Program-made: the position numbers and the translations under genes | Notes under the pieces: generated by a model | The model's input: the letters and a program-made list of their open reading frames with translations, nothing else | Database searches by the model: none | Told to the model about the DNA's origin: nothing | Origin: Octopus vulgaris | Lineage: Eukaryota | Assembly (NCBI GenBank): GCA_951406725.2 | Contig: OX597818.1 | Span: 93,682,001-93,746,000 of the forward strand | DNA length: 64,000 bases | Direction: 5' to 3' | Part shown: one piece after another, positions 12,808-24,005 of the stretch | Layout of the letters: each line of letters starts with the position of its first letter | Position numbering within the stretch: position 1 is the stretch's first letter

Positions 12808-14117
12808 GTGAGGAGAGTGTTAAATCAGCAAACTGGGATGCTAATGCAACATGGAAGAATGCATTTCTTTGGCTTTTGGAACGTCAGATCCCTGATGAAT
12901 GAAGAAACACAGGCACTAACAATGCACACTCTCTCCAAATATAACATCGATATTGCATGCCTCTCTGAAGTTAGACTTCCTGATTCTGGTTATCACAAAA
13001 TCAAAGTATCCCAACACGATGCATCATACCATCTCTACCTCAGTGGAGCAACTGATAACTCTGGCCTTCATGGAGTTGTCTTCACCCTCAACGATCGCGC
13101 CAATGCATCACTCCTTGCCTGGGAACCTATCTCCCCCAACCATCTAGCCTGTATCCGCCTCAGAGGTTCAGCTATCAACATCAGTGTCATTGTTGTCTAT
13201 GCTCCCGCTCTCAACGCTTCTGATGAAGTTAAAGACTCCTTCCATGATGCTTTACAGGCAGTTGTTGATCGCAACATTCTAATCATTGCAGGCAATTGGA
13301 ATGCCCACACAGGACCAAGTAACACCACTAATGACCACATACTGGGATGGCAACCAATGCACCAATGGTGAAAGACTTGTCAATTTCGCTGCTGCAAATC
13401 ATCTTACTGTTTCCAGCACGCGCTTTCAACATCCACGGCACCATCTTCTTAGTTGGTACTCCAATGACGGTGTCACAGAAAACCAGATTGACCATTTTCT
13501 CATTAGAAGCCGCTGGTTGTCGAGTGTCCTTGATTGTCGAATGTTCAGAGGCACAGAAACCAGCAGCGAACATGGTTCTTATCATATATTAGGATGGGCA
13601 AAACTATGTCTTCATCTCAAGGCCATCAAGTATCGCTCTAAGCCTCTAAGATATGATATCTCGAAGCTAAAAAGTAACCAAACCGAACATTTATTCCGTA
13701 TCAAATTATCAAATCAGTTTAACGGGCTCGAAGTCCTTCAATCTGCTTCCTCAGATGAAGTCTGGCAAGTGGTCAAACATAATCTTCAATATATGATGTC
13801 CACAACACTTGGCACTACTAAGCGAAAAGACAAAGATTGGATCTCGGGCCGAACAATCGAAATTGCTGAAAAGCGAAACAAGCTCGATGCAACAAATCCG
13901 ATACCTTCAGACAACTGTGCCGTGAAGCTGCCTGTTCTGCCCGCGCTGATCGAAATAAATTCTGGAGGACGGTGGCTGAAGACATGGAACATGCCGCATC
14001 TGCTGGGGACTCCCGTAAGCTCTACAGCCTCCTTCGATCAAGCACAAAGACAGGCTGGAGTGGTAACAAAACCATTTTGGACCAGAATGGCGATCCCATC
14101 ACCAATCTCACTGAGCG
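12808..14117 (+). mobile_element. RTE-clade LINE, AP-endonuclease region (frameshifted, 3'-truncated)
   Basis: APE motifs GFWNVRSL, DIACLSEVR, VVYAP, IIAGNWNAH, NGERL and NQIDHFLI across ORFs 12808..13371 and 13286..14158; no RT domain follows. Confidence 0.9.
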
Positions 14118-14220
14118 TATTTATCCATAATTATTTCATAATAAAGTGGGTTTCCTGATGTATGAAGGTATGCTGTTTGCATTTCTGATCACTTTATTAT
14201 GAACTAATTATGGATAAATA
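14118..14220. repeat. 31-bp inverted repeat (1 mismatch, 41-nt spacer)
   Basis: tatttatccataattatttcataataaagtg (14118-14148) vs cactttattatgaactaattatggataaata (14190-14220). Confidence 0.88.
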
Positions 14221-14480
14221 CATCGTCTGTGAGTATGAAATCTCTCCTCATATCTCCAGAATTCAAACATTCGTCATTATTATGGATGGATTTACATTTT
14301 CAATTTCTGTGAAACTAAGAGGTTTTTTAAAATACTTTTTTAAAGCCTGTTATTTGACTGTGCAACATTAAAGATCTTTGGATGTCCATTTATTATCTAA
14401 ATCTGATTTTTATAGAACTATCCCAAATGTTTCATGAGTGTAGCCTCACCCCCTTAGATGTTTGGAGAACTCAGATGTTT

Positions 14481-14569
14481 TTTCGGCTGATGAGTACGGG
14501 CCACGTGTATTTGCTGCAATATTTGCAGCCTTAATAAAGGTGTCTTTGTACAAAACAATTGTACCGAAA
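14481..14569 (+). ncRNA. Hammerhead ribozyme motif with one core mutation (GAAA to AAAA)
   Basis: tttcgg-CTGATGA-gtac...gtac-AAAAC-aatt-GTA-ccgaaa. Perfect 6-bp stem I, stem II, palindromic ACAATTGT stem III. Confidence 0.65.
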
Positions 14570-14803
14570 TATTGATCCATTTGTTGCTTTTTTCTTGCTT
14601 ATAATCACCCCGCATTATCTTATGGTTAATACCATATAGATTTCTGGTGCACCTAAGTTAAGTACCTCATTCATGTGAATTCAACAGAACTCACTTGAAT
14701 CTTAATTACTTTTACTATATATATATACTAGCAGAATTGCCCGGCGTTGCTCGGGGCTGAATTGCTTGAAAGTACTGTTAATGATTGCACTGAATTATGA
14801 TGA

Positions 14804-15325
14804 TTATTCAGGCAAATATTGATATAAGCTTACGGTGGGAGATAAGGACTTAACGATCAAACGTGTGCCATTGCATTGTTTTGGGGGAACCAAATTTCTG
14901 ATGAGCATTATAGGGGCACCAACTTTAAGTTTGAGAAAGTGTGGTGGTAGTCCGGGGTGCTCAAAGGAATTGAGTACCTCTATTGGATAGTTGATGACGT
15001 CCTCTGGGTCAGGAGTTGTATCGATAGACTGATATACATAGACTTCCCCAGGAATGAGTTTTAGCATTTCATCATTAATATGGTGAACAGTTTTATTCCT
15101 CGGGGCCAGTATAGCCTTTTTGCCAATCCAATCCATATTCTGATAATTAGCTTGTAGATCTGGGAACACTGCATCTCTGAGATCAGAAGGCGTCTTAACA
15201 ATGGTACAAATGGAATCGATGGCAATATTACCATTTTCATCCCCTGGTATTTTGCCTTCGCCAAGTGCAAGGAGGGTGTGAGGAAATGCTGCTGATGTGA
15301 TATTACATCGCATATGAGCACGCAT
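14804..15325 (-). pseudogene. Helitron RepHel PIF1-family helicase fragment
   Basis: NMRAH..., KAILAPRN, YQSIDT, YPIEVLNS, GLPPHFLKLKVGAPIMLIRNLVPPKQCNGTRLIV (PIF1 helicase motifs); truncated on both sides. Confidence 0.93.
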
Positions 15326-15574
15326 ATTGGTGTGAAGTTTGAGAGTTACTTCCGTTTATTTTTAAAAATATGCATTAAAATGGAAAAAAATGATGGTAAA
15401 TTATTTGTAAAATCATAGACTCATCGTAGACGCACGCTAATACCCAGAAGGGCTTGATATGAATCACAACTATAAGATACCCGGTTTTGGTTAAACTTCA
15501 TCGCAAAATGTGGGAGTAGTTAGGAATCTAAATCGGAGTAGACAGACACACAACCTTTCTTTTATATATAAATA

Positions 15575-16053
15575 TTTTCATCCTAAAAAACTTTGTATGG
15601 ATTGAATGGTTACCTCTATGGAAATATATACACGCACATTATACATACATGTGTGTATAGATGAATATATAAATACATTTAAATATCTATATACACTTTT
15701 GGGCGATCTTTCTGTTTCTTAGAGATAACTTTAGATCTTATTTTCATGCTAAAAAACTTTGTATGGAGTGAATGGTTACCTCTATGGAAATATATACACA
15801 CACGTTATACATACATGTGTGCATAGATGAATATATAAATACATTTATATATCTATATACACTTTTGGGCGATCTCTGTGCTACTTAGAGATAACTTTAG
15901 ATCTTATTTTCGTCCTAAAAAACTTTGTGCGGAGTGAATGGTTACGTGTATGGAAATATATACACACACATTATACATACATCTGTGTATAGATGAATAT
16001 ATAAATACATTTAAATATCTATATACACTTTTGGGCGATCTTTCTGCTACTTG
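15575..16053 (+). repeat. 166-bp tandem repeat, about 3 copies, inside the Helitron
   Basis: Units start at ~15575, 15741 and 15907 (ttttcrtsctaaaaaactttgtatggagtgaatggttacc...). Confidence 0.9.
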
Positions 16054-16061
16054 GATATAGG

Positions 16062-16505
16062 GGCGATATTTCGCTTGTCGTAGCACACGTTTCCGTCGAT
16101 TTCCGTAAAAAATGTAAACACTGAATCGGCCATACATACATACATACATACACACACACATACATACACACACACACACATACATGCATACATACATATA
16201 CACATAAACCGAGTAAAAATTTCAGTTATCTCTCTCTTTCACACATTACTCTCTCTGTCTCTTCACACACACTAACAGAAGCACTTCACTTACACAACAT
16301 ACTGTCTGTCTCCCACACTCCATCAAACACACACACACACACACACATGTACATCAATGCGTCCCATGCACGGTAACTTCAAAAGAACTTCCCTCGTCAT
16401 ACAATCGCTTTCTCTTAGTCTCTTTCGCTCTCATTACTTATGTAAAAAAATAAGTTTTTTACAGAAATCGACGGAAACCTGTGCTACGACAAGCGAAACA
16501 TCGCC
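16062..16505. mobile_element. MITE with ~50-bp TIRs (GGCGAT termini) and 8-bp TSD
   Basis: ggcgatatttcgcttgtcgtagcacacgtttccgtcgatttccgtaaaaa vs tttttacagaaatcgacggaaacctgtgctacgacaagcgaaacatcgcc; TSD gatatagg at 16054-16061 and 16506-16513. Confidence 0.88.
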
Positions 16506-17012
16506 GATATAGGTCTTATATTCGTCCTAAAATACTTTCCTGTCACACACTCACGCACACGCACGCACACACACACACACACACGCACACGCACCCTCAC
16601 ACACACACACACACACGCACACACACACACTCACACGCACGTTAGCTTACAATTTTATTTATATATTTGCGTGTCTATGTGTGTAAAGAGGAAGTGGCAG
16701 ACTGAAAGAGTCACTCACTACAAAAGGTGAATTACTTTCATTTTATTCCTTGCACACTGTGTGTGTGCGTGTGCGTGTGGTGTAAAACACATTAAGAAAA
16801 GCATTTGACATACACACCAGAATGTGAGTTTTCTGTAAATTTTGCTTAATTGGAGTTTAAATTTTAAAAAGTGGACCTGGCAAAACCCGATGCATTCTAC
16901 TCTTTAAAATGCTAAGTAAATTGTAATTGAAGAAATCCTATATTGTAGATTTCTATAACTGACAAAGGGAGGCAGATAAAATCTGCCTTTTATAATAAGA
17001 GATATATATATA

Positions 17013-17163
<151 letters not shown>

Positions 17164-17229
17164 CTATCTATCTATATATATATATATATATATGTATATA
17201 CACCTGGTGAAGTTAGTCAAATCAGAATT

Positions 17230-17860
17230 CGGACACTATGTCCTACCCAAGTAGAAAGTTACTGTTTACAGAGACATATCAGGGTGACAGAGGTTTATCC
17301 GGGATTTTTTGAAGGAATTTTTCCAGAGACTTCTTGAACTTTATGGGGCCTGTTTCTGCTTTAATGTGTTTTGATATCATGTTAAAGAGAGTGGGGCCAA
17401 TTGATGTGAGATAATTGTGCCAAATTGTTATTATGAGATGCAGTGGGATTTATGTGGTCGGTGGATAGCACGGGGCAGGAGTCTTGGGTGTACCTTAAAG
17501 GTGATGCCAGCATCATTCGGGAAATGATGATGGAATATTTTCCTTATCATGCAGATGATACAGCGCTCATGTCAACATTGAAGAGGATAAAGCTTGATCT
17601 TTTCTAGCCGATTCCAATGGTCAAGGATTGTCATGCCATCTGTCTATTTTGTAATTGACCTTTGAGGGGCTTCAAGTTTCATGGGAATTTGTTCTGTATG
17701 AGAAGACCATAGTGGACAACTGTATTGAAAGAGGGGTCAGGCAAAAGTGGAGAAGAGAAGGATAGTGGTGCGGATATCAGGCTATCTCTCAACTGGAAAG
17801 TTCTGAGAATACAGGAACACATTCTGCTGACCATGTTGACTTTGCTGTGTATAATAGCGG
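17230..17860 (-). mobile_element. CR1/L2-like LINE C-terminal fragment (decayed)
   Basis: Minus-strand translation pieces YSCPLWSSH..KLEAPQRSITK and HNYLTSIGPTLFNMISKHIK..KFKKSLE, typical of ORF2 C-termini. Confidence 0.6.
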
Positions 17861-17913
17861 TGCACCTTCTATATATATGTATCTCTATCTGTCTGTCTGT
17901 GTGTCTATCTATG

Positions 17914-17972
<59 letters not shown>

Positions 17973-17980
17973 ATATATAT

Positions 17981-18167
17981 AGGTGGCACGTAAAAAGCAC
18001 CCACTACACTCACGGAGTGGTTGGCGTTAGGAAGGGCATCCAGCCGTAGAAACACTGCCAGATCTGACTGGGCCTGATGAAGCCTTCCAGCTTCACAGAC
18101 CCCAGTTGAACCGTCCAACCCATGCTAGCATGGAGAACGGACGCTAAATGATGATGATGATGATGAT
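17981..18167 (+). mobile_element. RTE/SINE 3' module with (GAT)n tail
   Basis: Near-identical to 1110-1297. Confidence 0.8.
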
Positions 18168-18709
18168 ATATATATATATAAACATACATATATATATACA
18201 CACACATATAAAGAGATATACATGTAAATATATGTATATATATATACACACACACATATACACATGTATATAAGTATTATATGCTCTTATCCACTTGTGT
18301 ATGTGTGTCTACCTTTTCTTTAATTTCTTAAAATCATTGTCCTATATTTATATATATATATATAAAATACTGTATATATACACTTACATACATAGTGATA
18401 GAAGTGACGTTTTGACTAAAAGAGAAGTACCTATTTGCTTGTAGAATATGGAGATACTGGCTTGTAAATCAAAAATTGTATAGAGTAAAATATATTTACG
18501 ATCAACTTTCCGTGACTTGAAGTCATCAGATAAAAACTGAGATGAAAATAACCATCGATGAAAACTAAATTGTTCATACCAATTTTTTAAATAAGAGGAA
18601 AAGGGGAGAGAACTCTTATTTATTAGTTTGGGTGAGTTTTCTCCTTTTTCTCAGCTAAACAAGCGAAGGAAAGTGTTAAATCCGAAAAAAGTAACGTATG
18701 AATCTATAC

Positions 18710-21588
18710 CAGGGGTGGGCGAACTTTTTTGATCGCGGGCCGCACAGTGCGTCTTTGGAACCTTGGCGGGCCTCATTTATAAAAATCGAGTGAAAATATT
18801 TTTAAAGGCGGTTATAGACCTATAAACATACAATTGATTGAAAGGAAATTTTGTGAAATATTCCTGGTTTAAGTGATTTAATTTATTTTTTAGAGTATCG
18901 GGTTCATGTTTTTCGGTTATTTGCTCCTATAGTTGAAATTATTACAGGAACCTCGGTTATTTTGGACAGCCTGTTATTGCTTACAAATTGCCAGGAACGG
19001 AATATTCCTAGTAAAATCTGCACTAATTGTGGACAACCACCTCTTAATATTATGGACAACCATGATGAATATTATAGTTAAATTCTAGGATACCCAAAAT
19101 AAAAGATTTTAAAGAGAAATAACAGTTTATTAATATGAATTGATATCTGAAATTAGAAACGTCACCTGAAACATTTATTTGAAAAACAAAGCGGCTCTGT
19201 AAATAACAATGTCAATGAGAATGATTCAGCTGACTACTGTCATTTACCAGTTTGTCAAAATTAAGTGTCAAGTTGCTTGCGCTGATTCTTAACACTGACT
19301 GAAGATTTGAGTCTGTGAGAAGGGATCGATTCTTCCCCTTGTTAATTTTCATGATAGAGAAAGTCTGCTCACATATGTAAGTTGATGCAAACAACACAAA
19401 CATCTTTCTTGTAAATTTTTTTAGATTTTGAAACTTTTTTGAATGTAGAGAAGCATAAAACTCGACCAGTGGTTTACTTTCAAACATCATCTTTAAAGAA
19501 TTGTCGGCTTGTAAATGAATTAGTTCTATCTGCAGTTCCTCGGTAGTTGTTTCAATGTCACAGGCAAGAGGTGAGTTAAGCAAATCGAACAGGCCTTCAA
19601 CTGCCTTGAAATCAGCAAATCTTCTAATGAATTCCTTTTGTAAAGCCATCAACTGGGAACTGTACTTGTCCGATGATTCTTGTGTAACAGACTGTGTTTT
19701 CAGCAGAGGGAAGTGAATAAATTTTTGCTCATTCAGCTGCTTGGCAAAAAGTCCAAGCTTCCATTGAAAAGCTTTCACTTCCAGGTACAATTCATGAGCA
19801 AATATACCTTTGCCTTGCAGTTTTGTGTTAAGTTCATTCAGCTTCTGCATTATGTCCACAGCAAATGCAAAATCACAAACCCATTCGTCACTCTCCATTT
19901 CGTTTAAAAAGTCACAGGAGATGTCTTGCATTTTGAGAAACATAAGAATCTCTGCTTTGAGGTCCCATACTCTCTTAAGAACTTTTCCAATGCTTAACCA
20001 GCGGACATTTGTGTAGTACAGCACATCAGTAAAATCAGCCTCCACATCCTCCAAGAAACTTCGGAATTGCTTGTGTTTCAATCCCCGTGATCTTATTAAA
20101 TTCACTGCACGCACCACAAGTTCGATGACATGTTTGAGTTTTAAAGATGACTTACAAAGGCTTTCTTGATGTATGATGCAGTGAAAAGACAACACACTGT
20201 GTAGTGGAAAATCTTCTTTGATTTTGTCATTCAACAACTTCACAAGGCCGGAATGTTTACCGGTGAGTGAAGGAGCTCCATCGGTTGTAATGCTGGCCAG
20301 TTTATTTAGGGTTAATCCAGACCTGATTGAACTGTTAATGACACTGTTGAACAAATCTTTTCCAGTAGTAGTGTCTTTGAGAGACTCCATAGATAACAAT
20401 TCCTCTGTAATTTCAAAGTTTTCCTCAATTCCTCTGATGTAGATGAGTAACTGAGCAGTATCCTGAATATCAGTACTCTCATCTAAAGCAATAGAAAACC
20501 ACTGAAATCGACCACTGGCTGTTAACAGCTGTTCATGAATATTCACGGCAATTGCATCAATGCGACGAACAATAGTTCTTCGTGACAGGTAAATGGCTTC
20601 TACTTTTGACTTAACTTCAGGACACACAACGCTGACAGCATCAACCATACAATCTTTGATAAATTCTGCTTCTGAGAATGACTTGTTTTGCTTTGCAATT
20701 TTGTTGGCCAATATAAAACTTGCCTTTGTCGCGTTCCTTTGTAAAGAGGAAGTTTTATCAAACACATTTTGCTGTTGCTTCAAACGTTTTGTCAGATCAT
20801 TTGCTTTCTTTTGCAGTTCTTGTTTTGATAAATTGTGTCCAAAATTGGCGTGCTTCGTTTGAAAGTGGCGTTTCAAATTATATTCCTTGAACACAGCAAC
20901 TGTTTCAGAACAAATCAAACATGCAGCTTTCACTCCAACGTCGGTAAAGAAATACTTTTCAGTCCAATTTTCATTAAAAACACGACATTCTTCTTCAATT
21001 TTTCTCTTTTTAGATAGCTTCGAACAACTCATTTTGGGTAAATTTTATCAGACAACAAAAGCTAGTCTGAAACACTCGTGTCTGTACTAAATTCAAATAA
21101 TCGATAGAGTGAATGATAACCAACCACAGCTCTGTGTCCAGAAAAAGCTGGTTCAAGCCCTTTTATTAATATGGCCGGCTTCTTCATTGGAACGAAACAT
21201 TTGAATGTTTCAAGCATATCGATTGACTCGTTGTATTGCCACAATACTTGTTTTATTGTTCTATTAATTTTTGTTTTTGTAGGGTCTGACGAGAAAACAC
21301 AGAAAAGATATCTTCACCCGGAAATGTGTTTTATTATGATGTCATGGGAATATTTCTCGAAATTTTTCATCGCTTCACAGTAGCTGAAACAAATAAACAG
21401 CGGACAATTTTGTGAAGGCGCGAAACAGTGAACTGAAATAAAATGCAAACTATTGTGAATTACCGTACAACTGAAACAGTTACGAAGTATCTGCATAGAA
21501 GTTGGGATTCATAAAAGCTCTCGGCGGGCCGCATGAAAACCTATGGCGGGCCGCATGCGGCCCGCGGGCCGTAGTTTGCCCACCCCTG
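18710..21588 (-). mobile_element. Full-length autonomous hAT transposon (Buster/Charlie-like), 2879 bp
   Basis: 16-bp TIRs CAGGGGTGGGCGAACT / AGTTTGCCCACCCCTG (1 mismatch); perfect 8-bp TSD atctatac at 18702-18709 and 21589-21596; subterminal gcgggccgc repeats. Confidence 0.97.
19212..21032 (-). CDS. hAT transposase, 606 aa, GTF2IRD2/SPIN/Charlie-like
   Basis: BED-like zinc finger CLIC...LKRHFQTKH; catalytic D in IALDESTD, D in TTDGAPS and E in YICEQTFS; CIIH and RWLS motifs; C-terminal dimerisation region; no stops. Confidence 0.95.
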   Translation of the reverse strand: MSCSKLSKKRKIEEECRVFNENWTEKYFFTDVGVKAACLICSETVAVFKEYNLKRHFQTKHANFGHNLSKQELQKKANDLTKRLKQQQNVFDKTSSLQRNATKASFILANKIAKQNKSFSEAEFIKDCMVDAVSVVCPEVKSKVEAIYLSRRTIVRRIDAIAVNIHEQLLTASGRFQWFSIALDESTDIQDTAQLLIYIRGIEENFEITEELLSMESLKDTTTGKDLFNSVINSSIRSGLTLNKLASITTDGAPSLTGKHSGLVKLLNDKIKEDFPLHSVLSFHCIIHQESLCKSSLKLKHVIELVVRAVNLIRSRGLKHKQFRSFLEDVEADFTDVLYYTNVRWLSIGKVLKRVWDLKAEILMFLKMQDISCDFLNEMESDEWVCDFAFAVDIMQKLNELNTKLQGKGIFAHELYLEVKAFQWKLGLFAKQLNEQKFIHFPLLKTQSVTQESSDKYSSQLMALQKEFIRRFADFKAVEGLFDLLNSPLACDIETTTEELQIELIHLQADNSLKMMFESKPLVEFYASLHSKKFQNLKKFTRKMFVLFASTYICEQTFSIMKINKGKNRSLLTDSNLQSVLRISASNLTLNFDKLVNDSSQLNHSH

Positions 21589-22289
21589 ATCTATACTCAT
21601 AAATCACAATCGTATAAAATCGGTGGTAGCAAATTATATTTCTTTAAGGCTAATTACTTATCTTAAAGAATATAGTGAAAGATATTTGTTTAATGACTGC
21701 GTGGTTTGGGGAAGTGTCTTCTTTTATAACCCTGGATCAACCAATGCTTTTGGGTGAATTTGGAAGATAGAAACTGTACAGAAGCCCTGATGTTTCTGGG
21801 ATCTCAGATGATTATGAAGAAGAACACTGGAGAGGTTTGAGATTTTTATGATAAACAAAATTTTATTCTTTCTGTACACAAAAAACAAATACTGTCTTTA
21901 CTAGGAATGACCAAACGTCAAGGGAGTCTCAGACGTTATTAATCTTGATATAGTTGTAACAGCAGCTAAAGTGTGGTTATCTGTTTGCCGTGCTACTGAC
22001 TCGTAATATCTTTCAGCCTCTGACTGTTCATTGCCTTTGCGTTGTCAGTTGCTGTTGGTCATCTCCTATGGTATCAGTGCTCTCCCTCTCTCTCTGCTGT
22101 TTCTCAAAGCCCTCTAGTTAAGTAGCTAAGGTGTGCCAAATATATACTGATGCGGAAAGGTGGGATTTTTGCTTGAGTTAGTTTTAGGCGATGTCATGAT
22201 TAGTTAAATTTTTTTTTATCGCGTGGTTAATATTCTAACAAATCCCGATGTTGGGTGATTGCTGAATATTCCTGCTACAGGGGTTTTCG

Positions 22290-23500
22290 AGTCTTTCAAT
22301 ATCAGACCCCTTCATCCAGTTGACCCAGCCAAAGTTGATCGGCTTGCATCCCAATACCAGCAAACCTTTGGTCTGCCTTCTTTATCCAAAGCCAGCTAGT
22401 GGCCTTTTCTGCAGCTTTAATGATGGAATTTATAACCATCCTTTTTGCTGCACCAGTAGCTACAAGCCCAGTCAGAGATTTGTAGAATGACCATCCGACA
22501 AAACCATGACAGTCCATTTCTGTTGCTTTGCTTTGTGCTTGCCAGGTCTGATTTCTGCTATGCTCTTCCAGCTTCCAGAATTTGGCAAGTTTCTTCTCAT
22601 GAGCATCGTCCATGTGTTCCTCCCAGGGTACTGTCATTTCTCACATGATCACTTTGGTGGAATTTGAGATCATTATGTCTGGGCAGAGTGTTGTTGGTAT
22701 TATGTGATCTGGGAACTTTAACCATTCCGTGGGATCTGCCAGTCTGGAGCAGTGGAGATTAGGCATGATGGTCATTGATGTTTCAGTAGACTGGACTTTT
22801 CTCCAACTTTCTTTTCATTTTTGTTTTACTTGTTTCAGTCATTTGACTGTGGCCATGCTGGAGCATCGCCTTTAGTTGAGCAAATCGACCCCAGGACTTA
22901 TTCTTTGTAAGCCTAGTACTTATTCTATCGGACTCTTTTGCCAAACCACTAAGTTACGGGGACGTAAACACACCAGCATCAGTTGTCAAGCGATGTTGGG
23001 GGGGACGAACAGACACACGAACATATATACATTCACACATACTTATACATATATAAACATATATACAACAGGCTTCTTTCAGTTTCCGTCTACCAAATCC
23101 ACTCACAAGGCTTTGGTCGGCCCAAGTCTATAGTAGAAGACACTTGCCCAAGGTGCCACGCAGTGGGATTGAACCTGGAACCATATGGTTGGTAAGCAAG
23201 CTACTTACCACACAGCCACTCTCACGCCTGTTAGGAAAATGATGGCTTCTTTCCTGGGGTGATATTTACTGGACTGAATAGCTGTTGATATCACCTCTGT
23301 AACCACTCTGATCATCTTATTGTGCTGTCAGTGGTAGCAACCATTGGCTAAGGCTCTGGAGCAGCTGCTGAGGAGATGCTGAAGGGACTCTCTTGCAGTA
23401 CATAAGGCACAGGATGGTGTTTCACTCCTTCCCCATGTGTGAAGGCTTGTTCCACTTCACAAAGTATCATTGACAGCCTGGATTTGCTTCCTGGACACTC
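22290..23500 (-). mobile_element. Restriction-like-endonuclease LINE fragment (HERO-like), split by a SINE
   Basis: Minus strand gives CCHC knuckle CALCTARESLQHLLSSC, then PDIMI...EMTVPWEE...AHEKKLAK...DCHGFVG...AAEKATSWLWIK (PD-(D/E)xK RLE C-terminus). Confidence 0.75.
22822..23230 (-). mobile_element. tRNA-derived SINE, family A (full length)
   Basis: Reverse complement of the 33811-34189 type; A/B-box head at the 23230 end, central CA-rich tract. Confidence 0.88.
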
Positions 23501-23809
23501 TCAATACATGCCTGATTATACATCAATATCTTGACTTGTGAAGGTTTTGCATTATACTGAATGGCCTCCCCTGTATTTCTGAATTGAATGGCCTCCCCTG
23601 TATTTCTGAATTGTGTTTATTTAAATCATTATCATTTTAAGTATTTATCTTCATTTCCAATTCATTTACATTAATTCCACTAACCCTTATTTTCCCTTGT
23701 TCTATTAGGTAATGAGGGCATATTTCTACATTTGTTTTTGCTGCAAAAAGGTTTTGTTTGGAAGGGGTCACTGCAATGACCACAAGCTCCAAACTGCAAA
23801 CCTCTAGGC

Positions 23810-24005
23810 CAGTGGTTCCCAAACTATGAGTTGTGACCCACAGATGGGTCGCAAACGGAATCTTAGTGGGTCGCAAAAGTTATAAAATTACGCATTAGCT
23901 TTGATTAACTGCTGTCTATCGAGATACTCAGTAGAGTTAAGTGGGTCGTCATAAACTGGTGTGATAAATAGTGGGTTGCGACTCGAAAAAGTTTGGGAAC
24001 CACTG
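23810..24005. mobile_element. hAT MITE, 196 bp
   Basis: Perfect 16-bp TIRs CAGTGGTTCCCAAACT; perfect 8-bp TSD ctctaggc at 23802-23809 and 24006-24013. Confidence 0.95.

Larger units (their letters stand above)
14728..17002 (-). mobile_element. Non-autonomous/composite Helitron
   Basis: Minus strand 5' A|TCTCTTATTATAAAAGG at 17002. 3' hairpin CCCGAGCAACGCCGGG then CTAG|T at 14728. Contains a PIF1 helicase remnant, tandem repeats and a second 5'-end-like motif near 15572. Confidence 0.8.

Noticed and set aside
14804-15325. Cellular PIF1 helicase gene
   Set aside because: Truncated, and adjacent to a Helitron 3' hairpin-CTAG terminus.
15575-16053. Regular repeats suggestive of a CRISPR array
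   Set aside because: Head-to-tail 166-bp units without unique spacers; eukaryotic context, no cas genes.
19212-21032. Domesticated host gene GTF2IRD2/ZBED/EPM2AIP1
   Set aside because: The ORF lies within intact TIRs and a TSD, so it is a transposon-borne transposase.
21791-22240. Possible solo LTR (TG...CA with an AATAAA on the minus strand)
   Set aside because: No TSD and no second copy in the window to support it.
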